Shown here: positions 22,736-35,564 of the stretch, piece after piece | How the letters are laid out: each line of letters opens with the position of its first letter | Numbering within the stretch: the stretch's first letter is position 1 | Source: Eledone cirrhosa | Taxonomy: Eukaryota | Direction: 5' to 3' | Assembly: GCA_964016885.1 (NCBI GenBank) | Contig: CAXHJY010000192.1 | Location: 1 to 64,000, forward strand | DNA length: 64,000 bases | Made by a program: the position numbers and the translations under genes | Notes under the pieces: generated by a model | What the model saw: the letters and a program-made list of their open reading frames with translations, nothing else | Databases searched by the model: none | Told to the model about the DNA's origin: nothing

Positions 22736-23674
22736 ATATATATATAATATATATATAATATATATATAATATATATATAATATATATATAATATATAATA
22801 TATATATATATAGTATTAAGGATACTATTTATGGTTATGTATACAGTAAAACCTTTTATAGTTATATATATTTTAAACCCTAAACAGTGAAAGACAGTAA
22901 TTTATTACTACCTTATTACCAGTAAGATAAATAGCTCAATGTAATAACATCAGTTGTTCAACAGAGCAGTTATATAGAAATTACATGAATCAAAGTTCTG
23001 TTCAAATCATTTATTAGCTTACAATTGCTGCGTCCAAACCGAGGTTTGGAGCCTTCGGAGCAATTTTTCAATGATTGTTTACATACATGACCTCCTTTTC
23101 AACACAAGAGACATACAGAAACATATGTATATATTGATGCACAGTGGGTTGACATCCATTATAATATTTAAGCATGCCAGTTTACATTTAAAGATTAAAG
23201 TCATATTAAAAGAAAATTACAACAAAATTAAAGTTATAATACAACATTGGCAGTCTATGAACGTGATGCAGGAGGATAGTTAGAAGTAGTTAGTTACACG
23301 TGGGGCATGCACGTGTGTCCTATTTATATAAGATGTTATATGGAATATAAGCACTTTAAGCGAGCAATCAAGAGTATTATGGGGGTTGTATAGTATTTTA
23401 TATGTATGATATAGAAGCTTGTGTGCAGAGAAATATTTAAAATATTAAGAATGAGAAGTAAAACAGTGTTATGGTTTTTCGTATACACCACCATTTTCAA
23501 AATCCTGGATTGTGAAAATATATATATATATATATATAATATATATATATATATATAATATATATATATATATATAATATAATATATATATATATAATAT
23601 AATATATATATATATAATATAATATAATGAAATGACAGGAGGCTGGATTTGTGTAAATCCTTGAAAGGTTTATT

Positions 23675-23732
23675 ATACTATGATCATTTCAATGACCGGG
23701 TTCCGTATGAATCCGGTGATATCATCAGGTAT
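23675..23732 (-). ncRNA. Candidate type-I hammerhead ribozyme
   Basis: AUAC CUGAUGA [UAUCACCGG..CCGGUCAUU] GAAA UGAUCA UA GUAU. Palindromic stem III and 4-bp stem I; imperfect stem II base. Confidence 0.55.
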
Positions 23733-23854
23733 TCGAAATATAAAACAAAGACGGTTGAACTGCTTTACGTTGAGTACTCTCTATATTATTGCATTACGAT
23801 TGACCATACGGAATAGACCAGCTCTATACTGTGGTGAACCTCAAACCTGAATAA

Positions 23855-24616
23855 ATATATATAATATAATATATATATATATAATATATATAATATAATA
23901 TATATATATAATATAATATATATATATAATATATTTATAATATAATATATATATAATATAATATATATATAATATAATATATATATATATAATATATATA
24001 TAATATAATATATATATATATAATATATATATAATATAATATATATATAATATAATATATATATATATAATATATATAATATAATATATATATATATAAT
24101 ATATATATAATATAATATATATATATATAATATATATATATATAATATATATATAATATAATATATATATATATAATATATATATAATATAATATATATA
24201 ATATATATATAATATATATATATATAATATATATATAATATAATATATATATATATAATATATATATATATATAATATATATATAATATAATATATATAA
24301 TATAATATAATATATAATATAATATAATATATAATATAATATATATATATAATATAATATATATATATATAATATATATATATATATAATATATAATATA
24401 ATATATATATATAATATAATATATATAATATATATATATATATAATATATATATATATAATATATATATATATAATATATATATATATAATATATATATA
24501 TAATATAATATATATATATATAATATATATATATATAATATATATATATATAATATATATATATAATATAATATATATATATATATATATAATATATATA
24601 TATATAATATATATAT

Positions 24617-24647
<31 letters not shown>

Positions 24648-24672
24648 ATATATATATATATAATATATATAT

Positions 24673-24722
<50 letters not shown>

Positions 24723-25700
24723 TATATAATATAATATATATATATAATATATATATATATAATATATATATAATATAATATATATAATATATATATAATA
24801 TATATATATATATAATATATATATATAATATAATATATATATATAATATATATATAATATAATATATATAATATATATATATATATAATATAATATATAT
24901 ATATAATATATATATATAATATAATATATATATAATATAATATATATATAATATAATATATATATATATAATATAATATATATATATAATATAATATATA
25001 TATATAATATAATATATATATATAATATAATATATATATATAATATAATATATAATATAATATATATATATAATATAATATATAATATAATATATATATA
25101 TAATATAATATATATATAATATAATATAATATATATATATATATATATAATATATATATATATAATATATATATAATATAATATATATAATATATATATA
25201 ATATATATATATATAATATATATATAATATAATATATATAATATATATATAATATATATATATATATAATATATATATATAATATTCACAATGCTTCAAG
25301 CAAACTTTAACACCCTCTTATATATAATATAATATATATATATATAATATATATATATATAATATAAATAATATATATATAATATATATATATATATAAT
25401 ATATATAATATATATATATAATATATATATATATAATATATATATATATAATATATATATATATAATATATATATATATTATATATATATATATTATATA
25501 TATAATATATATATATATAATATATATATATATAATATATATATATATATAATATATATATATATATAATATATATATATATATAATATATATATATATA
25601 ATATATATATATATATATAATATAATATATATATATATAATATATATATATATATATAATATAATATATATAATATATATATATATATATAATATAATAT

Positions 25701-25732
<32 letters not shown>

Positions 25733-25763
25733 ATATAATATATATATATATATATAATATAAT

Positions 25764-25795
<32 letters not shown>

Positions 25796-25914
25796 ATATA
25801 TATAATATATATATATATAATATATATAATATATATAATATATATATAATATATATATATAATATATATATATATATAATATATATATAATATATATATA
25901 TATATAATATATAT

Positions 25915-25947
<33 letters not shown>

Positions 25948-26433
25948 ATATATATATAATATATAATATATATATATATATAATATATATATAATATATA
26001 ATATATATATATATATAATATATATATAATATATATATATATATAATATATATATATAATATATATATAAATATAATATATATATATATAATATATATAT
26101 AATATATATATATATAATATATATATAATATATATATATAATATATAATATATATATATAATATATATATATATATAATATATATATATAATATATATAT
26201 AATATATATAATATATATATAATATATATAATATATAATATATATATAATATATATATAATATATATAATATATAATATATATATAATATATATAATATA
26301 TACTATATTATATTTAGAGTTATAAACTCAAACAGTCCTTATAATATATATATAATATATATATAATATATATATATATATAATATATATATATATAATA
26401 TATATAATATATATATAATATATATAATATATA
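23855..26433. repeat. Pure A/T (TA)n(TAA) compound microsatellite
   Basis: Directly visible; two small non-AT islands near 25285 and 26315. Confidence 0.97.
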
Positions 26434-28745
26434 GGAAGGTGTGGAGAAGAAAGGTCTGGAAGCTAAAAGACCTTTCACTAAAATACAAATTTAGGAAAGC
26501 CCTTCAAGATGTATATGACGAAAAAGAAGACAATTTAGAGACGTATGACATAGATAATAACTGGAATTTCTTACGTGACAACTTGCTGCAGGCTACTGAT
26601 GAAACCTGTGGCTGGAGCAGAGCTCCAACCAGACAGAGAGTGACCTGGTGGTGGAACAGCACAGTAGATAAGGCTATTAGAGACAAAAGACTAGCATGGA
26701 AGGCTTGGAAAAAGGGGTGGGAGTAGGGAAGAATATACAGCCACTAAGAGAGAAGCTAGACGTCAGGTGTACTTAGCACGCAGGGAGGCAGAGAGTAGGA
26801 GGTTTGCCAATGTTCTGCGACGGGAAGATCAGAGGCGTGCGGTGTTCCACATTGCAAGGCAGTGTGTCAATGCAAATCAGGATGTTGTTGGAGATAAATG
26901 TGTCCGGGATGATGCCGGTGTACTTAGTGTCACGAATGATCAGAAAAAGGAGGCCTGGAAATGTCATTATGAGAGACTGATGAATGTGGAGAACGAATGG
27001 GAGAGAGAGAAATTACCCTTGGTAGATCCGACAGAGGGACCAGCTATTGAGATTGACGAATATAGGGTCCAAGAGGCGATTAGGGAAATGAAAAATGGTA
27101 AGGCTGCCGGACCATCAGGAATAGTTGCTGAGATGCTGAAGGCATCAGGGGACGTAGGCACTAAACTGGTTGCACGCATCATCAATCAGGCTATATATGG
27201 TGGTGTCATACCCAAAGACTGGTGCAGCAGTATTCTCATAAATTGCTAAAGGTAAAGGGGATGCTTTGGAGAGGAGCAATTATAGGGGTATAAAACTGAT
27301 AGATCAGGTTATGAAAGTGGCAGAAAGGATTTTAGCACAACTAATTAGAGAAAGGGTCAAACTAGATGAGATGCAGTTTGGTTTTGTGCCTGGGAAGAGT
27401 ACAACAGATGCCCTCTTCTTGGTGAGACAATTGCAAGAGAGGTTCTTAGAGAAGAATAAGCCACTATACTTAGCCTTTGTTGACCTAGAGAAGGCCTTTG
27501 ATAGGGTACCCCGATCTGTCATCTGGTGGTCCCTAAGGAAGCTAGGTGTTGAGGAATGGCTTGTGAGGACAGTGCAAACTTTGTACAGAGGTACTCACAG
27601 TAAAGTCAGGGTAGGAATGGAGTTTAGTGAGGAATTCCAGATACAAGTAGGAGTACATCAGGGTTTGGTCCTCAGCCTGCTCTTGTACCATTATAGTCCT
27701 CCAAGCCATAACAGAGGAGTTTAAGACTGGCTGTCAATGGGAACTTCTCTATGCTGACGATCTGGTTCTTATAGCAGAATCAGTAGAGGAGCTAGAGAAT
27801 AAATTCTGGCTATGGAAACAGCAGTTGGAAGCAAGAGGACTGAGAGTGAATCTAGCTAAGACAAAAGTGTTGATGAGTAGAAAAGAAGACAAAACCCTGA
27901 TTCCGTCAGGGAAATGGCCATGTTCGATATGCAGAAAAGGAACTGGCATAAATTCTATAAAATGCACACAATGCAGATCCTGGATACACAAGAGATGTAG
28001 CGGGATAGCAAGCAAACTAACAGGTAGGGAGAAATATGTATGCAGTAGATGTACAGGGAAATTAGACAGTAGAAGTCGCATTGATAGACACATTTTTCAA
28101 ATGTAGGAGGGCGCTATAGAAGTGGTGGATAGCTTCCGGTACCTAGGAGATCAGATTAGCATGGGAGGAGGGTGTTCCGAGGCCATAGTATCTAGAATAA
28201 GGACGGGTTGGAAGAAGTTTAGGGAGCTGCTTCCTCTGTTGACGAAGAAGGGTTTCTCCCTGCGTACGAAAGGCCGGTTGTATGATGCCTCTGTGAGGAG
28301 CACGATGCTGCATGGTAGTGAGACATGGGCTGCAACTGCAGAGGATATGCGACGGCTGGAGAGAAATGAGGCAAGCATGCTCCGTTGGATGTGCAATGTC
28401 AATGTGCGTGAACGACCCAGCATGAATGTGTTGAGAGAGAAACTGTGTCTGAGAGGGATAGAATGTAGTGTACGAGAGAGGAGACTGAGGTGGTATGGAC
28501 ATGTGATGCGCATGGGGGATGACCGATGGGTGAAGAAGTGTCAGGAAATGCCAGTTGAAGGAAGACGTGGTAGAGGTAGACCACGAAAAACATGGGCACA
28601 GGTGGTGAGAACAGACCTCAGATCGCTGAAGCTCACTGTGGAGATGACGAAGGACCGTGACAAGTGGAGAGCTACTGTGCTGAATAAGACCCGTCCCACC
28701 CTTGCAAGTAGGGAAAAGCTGACGTAAAATGATGATGATGATGAT
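26434..28745 (+). mobile_element. 5'-truncated RTE-clade LINE, frameshifted
   Basis: TWWWN, GKAAGPSG, NYRGIKL, QFGF.PG.ST, FVDLEKAFD, GVHQG, LYADDL (27747), C2C2 insert, FRYLG, RRLRWYGHV.RM, GRRGRGRPRKTW; (GAT)n tail. Frameshifts near 26720, 27248, 27690 and 28100. Confidence 0.93.
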
Positions 28746-29886
28746 ATATATATGTGGCTCCTATTTCTAGCAGTCCTAGTAACCAGGTATAGATTGTCCC
28801 AGTCTTTACAGGGAAAAGCGGACGTAAAATGATGGCTGGATAACATTCATGAGCTCGGCTGGTTTCACTTGGGGGATCCAGCTGTATCAATTGGAGACAG
28901 TCGCTTCTGACAGGACCCACTGGGGAGTTTCTGAGGACTCTGCCCCCACGACTCTCCCAAGAAGAAGAAGAAAAGAAGGAGGAGAAGAAGAAAACACTCA
29001 CCATACTAGTAACTAGATTTATCTCCCTTGTCTTACCACTTTTAAATAGTTGTCTCCCTTACATCAATTTTTTTGTGGTGTGTTTTTACGTAAAGAACTT
29101 TTTTTAAACATTCTATCTTGTTTTTGTTAGCTGAAAAAACTACCAGATTCCTGCCCTAGTCTGTTATGGCTTACTAGCTCTATACGGACGTTGAAATTGA
29201 TTAAGTAAATAGAGCATAAAAAGCCGGCGAATTGGCAGAGCCTCTAGAAAATCGGGATTTGAACAGACACAGGCTTTTTTAATCCAACACCTTAACTCCA
29301 TAGCCTAACACAGCGATCAGGGACATTCTAAACCATCATCATCGTTTAACATCCATTTTCCACACTAGCATGGGTTAGACAGTTTGTCCCGTTTGAGGCA
29401 ATTTGAGTGCGGTGACCGTGTCTTGCTCACACAGAACTATTTCTGGCCTGGTTTCAATGGCTGGATGCACTTCCTAACTCCAATTGAAATTCTTAGAAAA
29501 TATATGAAACCCAAAAGCAGAAAATAACTGAAACCACAGTTGATTGCAATAAATAATATCTTAGAATATTGGGTAAAATACCTCTATGGATGGCAAAAGT
29601 TGTCAGTAGCCACTAAGGAGAAGTGAACTCCGTGTCACTCAAATTCTGATCGTGTGGAGCTAAGGGGCCTCTGATTGAAATATATTCTTGGTATTTTGTA
29701 CTGTGTTGTAAACTAAATAACAGAAGTTATTGGGGTGGGGAGCAGTGGGAGGAAAAGAGGGTGGAAGAGAGAGGGATGGGAGAGATGGAGAGAAGGAAAG
29801 AAAGAGGAATGGAAGAAGAGATAGAGAGCGAGAGACAGAGCAAAAAAGAGACAAAGAGGGGAGTGAGAAAAGAGTGAATTACTTAC

Positions 29887-30039
29887 CACCAGACAATAAA
29901 AAGAGTAGTGAACACCAGGAATGTAACAGCCCATCAGACCAAAGATGATGCCAGATAGGTCTATAGCCAACCATCGGATGTTGGCTTTAGGTGAATGACA
30001 GTAGAATACATGGTAGGAGGCAGACGTTATCATACAAAT
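29887..30039 (-). CDS. PAQR3: PAQR3-like coding exon 3
   Basis: CTCCAG| ICMITSASYHVFYCHSPKANIRWLAIDLSGIIFGLMGCYIPGVHYSFYCLV |GTAAGT. Contains the SxxxH motif and the conserved Asp; 153 nt, phase 0/0. Confidence 0.95.
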
Positions 30040-30699
30040 CTGGAGAGAAGAGATGAACAAGAAACAAAAAATAAATGCATACAAAAAATATAATTCAATA
30101 TGACGTCATAGTTACCGAATATATATTGTTTGTTCTGTTTGAACCTATTGTTTTGACAAGGGGATATTTCCACTGAAATATAAAGGACCAATGAAATATT
30201 TTCAAAGTAATATGGAAATATATTTCACCATGAGACTGTGTGTGCCATGTGACAATGAAATATTTTTCCACCATACAGGAGCATGTGATTGTGTGTACTA
30301 TAGTTTCTGTTCTGCTATAGCTCCTTCAACCTTTTCTTTTGACAAGGGGATATTTCCACTGAAATATATAGGACCAATGAAATATTTCAAAAGAATCATT
30401 ACAACAGTTTTGTTATTGTTTATTTTTAATACTTAATGTTTTATTTGCATTGCTTCTAAAATACTGTTTTCTATATTTCCCGCAGTCAAGCAAACTAGAA
30501 CAACCTCCTATTATCATCATCGTAATCGTTTTTACGTCCGTTTTTCCACACATGCATGGGTTGGACAGGTCCATTTCAGCAAAGCATCTCTCCACTCACT
30601 ACATTCATTTGTCATTTCCTCTGTGAGTCTCAGCAATTTGAGATCAGCTCTCACCACTTCTGCCCAGGTCTTTCTTGCTCTACTTCTACTGTGGTTTCC

Positions 30700-31140
30700 C
30701 TTTATTTTATCGACTCTGTAAGGATGAAAGGCATTTGAACTCAGAATCTAAAGGGCCATAACTCTGTGCTGCAAAGCATGGTGTCCGACCCTCTACCGAT
30801 ACTGCACAAGGCCAGCAATTTTGGAAGAGGAGAAAGTCGATTAAAGTCGACCCCAGTGTATTACTGGTACTTTATTTTATCAACACCCTAAGGATGAAAG
30901 GCAAAGTTAACCTTGGCGGGATTTGAACACAGAACGTAAAGGGCCGTAACTCTATGTTGCAAATAATAATTGTTTCTACTTTAGGCACAAGGCCAGTAAT
31001 TTGAAGGGGTAGGAGTCGATTAAATCGACCCCAGTGTATTACTGGTACTTTATTTTATCGACACCTTAAGGATGAAAGGCAAAGTTAACGTCGGTGGGAT
31101 TTGAACACAGAACGTAAAGGGCCGTAACTCTGTGCCGGAA
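30700..31140 (-). mobile_element. Three tandem Meta-like SINE copies
   Basis: Reverse complement of the 19494-19685 family. Confidence 0.85.
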
Positions 31141-31282
31141 GTAATAATAATACACAAACTACTCTGAATTGAAAGTGGAGATGGCAAGACTGTTTGGAAT
31201 GTGAGACGGTAATATGAAAGTGATACCAGTTGTGATCTCGTGGGCATTAGGATCAATCCTATTGAAACTCCTTAAGACTTCT

Positions 31283-31470
31283 TAACCCTTTAGCATTTAA
31301 ACCGGCCGTATCCGGCCAGAATTCTTTTACCTTTTTCTGTTCAAACCAGCCATAACTGGCCACTCATACTTACGTTAAGGTATTATTCTCAAAATAAATA
31401 ACATCAAAATCTCATTGATTCAATATCATGTGAGGTAAAGCTTTTACCGTGAAAATACAATAGTAAATTT
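31283..31470. mobile_element. Non-autonomous element starting TTAACCCTTTAGCATT (piggyBac-like end); second copy 33529-34215
   Basis: TTAA+CCC terminus and shared downstream sequence in both copies. A matching right end was not clearly found. Confidence 0.5.
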
Positions 31471-32237
31471 GGAGTAATCATCATCATCATCATTGTTTAA
31501 CGTCTATCTTCCACGCTAGCATGGGTTAGACGGGAATTGTCCTATTTGAGGCAAGATTGGTCGGTGACCGTGTCTCGCTCGTATAGGACTATCTGGCAGG
31601 TTTACTACGGCTGGATGCCCTTCCTAGCACCAATCACATTTACAGTGTGGACCGGGAGGTTTTTTACCGTGTTACCAACACGGCCACATTACAGCGTGGA
31701 CTGTGTGTTTTTTTGTCCTGACACCTACATGACCTCATTAGTTTGGACTGGATGTTGTGGTACCAGCATAACTTTACAGAGAAAGGGTGGTGTTGGCGGG
31801 AGTGGAAGGATGGAGTAAGGGTAGTGGGTTGGGGTGTATATTTGGTTTGGTTTGGTTTGGAGGGGCTGTAAATGCTAAAAAGTGAAAGCAGTTGAGAATA
31901 GCATGGAAGATTCGTGTCACACAAAAATCAACCTTGCTAGGTACTGAACACATTTTAAGGAGAGCATTATCTGTCTGAGGTCCTTGAGACTTGACAGATC
32001 AGTAAACACTCCAGCGCATTTTCTGCGTGACAAAATAGTAAAAATAATATTAGTAGAGTGCCCCCAAAAAATAATCAATTACTGATTACGTAATTTAGAT
32101 TACAAATCCATTATCTAACTCCTAAACTAGGCTTAACAAGATAGGATTGAGGGTTGTGTACTAAGACTTTAGATAGGGTTCTGTAATATATAGTACCAAC
32201 AAGAACAATAGCAAAACTGTTATTATGGCAATAAAGA

Positions 32238-33505
32238 GGACGGTGGGTTGGCAGTATCAGTAGAGGGTCGGACGCCATGCTTTGCAATGCTTTATGATCT
32301 GAGTTCAAATCCTGTTACGGTTAACTTTGCCTTTCATCCTTACGGGGTTGATAAAATAAAGTACCAGTCATGCACTGGGGTCTATTTAATAGATTTTCCC
32401 CTCCCCAAAAATTGCTGGCCTTGTGCCTATATAAGAAGCCATTATTATGGCAATAAAGAGGGCGGTGGATTGACATTATCAGTAGAGCGTCAGACGCCAT
32501 AGAGTTATGGCCCTTTATGTTTTGAGTTCAAATCCCATCGAGCTTAGCTTTGCCTTTCATCCTTATGGGGTTGATAAAATAAAGTACCAGTAACGCACTG
32601 GGGTCGATTTAATCGACTTTCCCCTCCCCACAAATTGCTGGCCTTGTGCCTATAGTAGAAATCATTAGAAATCAGTATTGGTAGAGGGTCGGCTGCCTTG
32701 CTTTGCAGCATAGAGTTACGGCCCTTTAAATCTCGCCGAGTTCAAATCTCGCCGAGGTTAACTTTGCCTTTCATCCTCACGGGGGGTCGATAAGAGAAAG
32801 TACCAGTAATGTACTGGGGGTAATTGCTGGCCTTGTGCCAAAAGTAGAAACAATTATTATAACTACTAGTAAAGACCCATCGCTATGTTACCGGTAAAAT
32901 ACACACAAACAACCAGAAAACTAACTTATACAACGGGATGATGTGCACACAACAATGGAAAACACCGTTTAAAACTTCAGAGAAAACATTTCCTAATGAA
33001 AGATATTGAAATATGACAATTTGTTATTATGTCACGAGGGCGGTGGATTGACAGTATCGGTAGAGGGTCGGACGCCATACTTTGCAGCAAAGAGTTACGG
33101 CCCTTTGTGGTCTGAGTTCAAATCCTGCCGAGGTTAACTTTGCCTTTCATCCTTACGGGGTCGATAAAATAAAGTACCAGTAATACACTGGATATTTGCT
33201 GGCCTTGTGCCAAAAGTAGAAACAATTATTACAGGGTTGATAAAATAAAGTACCAGTAATACACTGGGTAATTGCTGGCCTTGTGCCAAAAGTAGAAACA
33301 ATTATTATGTCACTGGGTGAATTGGCAGTATCAGTTGAGGGTCTGACGCCATGCTTTCCAGCATAGTTACGTCGCTTTACAGTCTGAGTTCAAATCCCGC
33401 CGAGGTTAACTTTGCCTTTCATCCTTACGGGGTCGATAAAATAAAGTACCAGTAATACACTGGTTAATTGCCGGCCTTGTGCCAAAAGTAGAAACAATTA
33501 TTATG
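32238..33505 (+). mobile_element. Five to six head-to-tail Meta-like SINE copies
   Basis: Repeated A box/B box/central domain/AGTAGAAACAATTATT tail. Further copies at about 39283-39460, 47180-47645, 50668-50757, 51990-52122, 56365-56542, 60705-61005. Confidence 0.88.
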
Positions 33506-33544
33506 TCACTGTATTGTTGAATTATGTTTTAACCCTTTAGCATT

Positions 33545-34092
33545 TAAACCAGCTGTAACTGGCCAGAACTCTCTCATCTCTTTCTATTTAAACCTGCCAT
33601 ATCTGGCCAGAATTCTCTCATCTCTTTCTATTTAAACCTGCCATACCTGGCCAGAACTCTCTCACTTCTTTCTGTTTAAACCAGCTGTAACTGGCCAGAA
33701 CTCTCTCATCTCTTTCTATTTAAACCAGCTGTAACTGGCCAGAACTCTCTCACCTCTTTCTATTTAAACCTGCCATACCTGGCCAGAACTCTCTCACTTC
33801 TTTCTGTTTAAACCTGCCATATCTGGCCAGAACTCTCTCACTTCTTTCTGTTTAAACCTGCCATATCTGGCCAGAACACTCTCACCTCTTACTGTTCAAA
33901 CCAGCCATATCTGGCCAGAACTCTCTCACCTCTTTCTGTTCAAACCAGCCATATCTGGCCAGAACTCTCTCACCTCTTTCTGTTCAAACCAGCCATATCT
34001 GGCCAGAACTCTCTCACCTCTTTCTGTTCAAACCAGCCATATCTGGCCAGAACTCTCTCATCTCTTTCTGTTCAAACCAGCTGTAACTGGCC
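33545..34092. repeat. 44-bp minisatellite (about 12 units) inside the TTAACCC element
   Basis: Unit AAACCAGCCATATCTGGCCAGAACTCTCTCACCTCTTTCTGTTC. Confidence 0.95.
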
Positions 34093-34727
34093 ATTCATAC
34101 CTACATCAAAGTATTGTTCTCAAAATAAATAACATCAAAATCTCATAGATTTGATGTTACATGAGATAATTATGTGAAATAAAACCTTTAATGTGAAAAT
34201 ACAATAGTATATACAGAGTAATGGTTAAACCTGCGTAACTGGCCAGAATTCTCTCACCATTGTAAACCAGATAGTCAATTGCTATAAATAATAGCTTTGA
34301 AAATTGGGTAAAATATCCCTATAGCCATAAAATAACTGTAACCACAGTCATTTGCCTTAAAATCAAGTCAATTACCCCTATAGATTGTTTATAGCAATTG
34401 ATTATCTTCCATTATTTTCCACATCTTCCTACATCTTCTTAGAATATCTTCTTCGCCCACTTATTCCTGAGAGGGTCATGGGGTCAGAGTCCTCAAACAC
34501 TCCTCCCAGCAGGTCCTGTCAGAAGCAACTGTCTCCAACTGATCCGACTGGATCCTCAAGCATGACCAGGCAAGCTCATGAATGTTATCTAACCATCTTG
34601 CTTGGGGGTTTACCCTTGTGTCTCCTGCCAGTTGATTTTGTCTGCAAATTCTGTCCAATGATTCTTTCCTGAGACATTCTAACCACATGTCCATAGTATC
34701 GCATTTTTTATTTTTCTCTAAGAATAA

Positions 34728-34897
34728 ACCGTATTTCCCGGTGTCGAAGACGCTACTTTTTTCCTAAAATAAGTCTCAAAAATCTACCATGCATCCTGGA
34801 GGCCAAAGGTGGTTAATTATTTTTTTTCAAATTTTTGGTTGTCGAAATTAGGGTGCGTCCTCGGGGACAAAGCGATGTCCGCGCCGAGAAATACGGT
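34728..34897. mobile_element. Tc1/pogo(Tigger)-type MITE
   Basis: Terminal inverted repeats ACCGTATTTC(C)CGG(T)G and C(G)CCG(A)GAAATACGGT. Confidence 0.7.
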
Positions 34898-34941
34898 GAC
34901 AGAAAACAATTTTTTAAGTGTTAATTTTTTTGTTTACAAAC

Positions 34942-35104
34942 CTGAAAACATATGAGGGATACACTGCAAATGAGATGATCCATATAGGAACCAGATATTT
35001 TTGGTATGGCGTAGACATTATCGTACATCAATAAAACAGCAAATGTGAGACAGCCAAGAAGATGGGACCAGATATTTATAGTTTCATTGCTCCAAATAAA
35101 TAAA
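34942..35104 (-). CDS. PAQR3: PAQR3-like coding exon 2
   Basis: TTCCAG| then (S)LFIWSNETINIWSHLLGCLTFAVLLMYDNVYAIPKISGSYMDHLICSVSLICFQ |GTTTGT. Contains the NETxNIWSH PAQR motif; 163 nt, phase matches exon 1. Confidence 0.95.
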
Positions 35105-35204
35105 CTGGAATTTAAATAAAAAAAAGGAGAAAATCAAAAATGTTTAATTTAAAATAATATACAATAATGAAATTATTGTGTAGTGGTAAGGTGCATTACA
35201 ACTA

Positions 35205-35425
35205 TAATTATATAAAAAGTATAGTTAATATAGTACATAATTATATCAAAAGTATAGTTAATATAGTACATAATTAATATAGTATATAATTATATCAAAA
35301 GTATAGTTAATATAGTACATAATTATATCAAAAGTATAGTTAATATAGTACATAATTATATCAAAAGTATAGTTAATATAGTACATAATTAATATAGTAC
35401 ATAATTATATGAAAAGTGTAGTTAA
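35205..35425. repeat. About 33-bp AT-rich tandem repeat
   Basis: TAATTATATCAAAAGTATAGTTAATATAGTACA units. Confidence 0.85.
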
Positions 35426-35564
35426 TAATACAAAGCATTGAGAGGTGTGATAAAACAATAGTGTTTATTGTTGATTATCATCATCGTTTAACGTCCATCT
35501 TCCATGTTGGACGGTTTAGTCCCACTCGAGGTGAGATTGGTCGTTGCACAAACAAAGCTACCTG

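Noticed and set aside
22830-23515. Possible Penelope RT remnant (minus-strand VYEKP/NTVLLL resembling VYRKPTxTG)
   Set aside because: It needs a frameshift and is surrounded by stops; cannot be supported without a translated search.
30150-30390. About 50-bp direct repeat (30151-30200, 30337-30388) as LTR-like ends
   Set aside because: Too short, with no TG..CA termini, primer-binding site or internal ORF; a local duplication.
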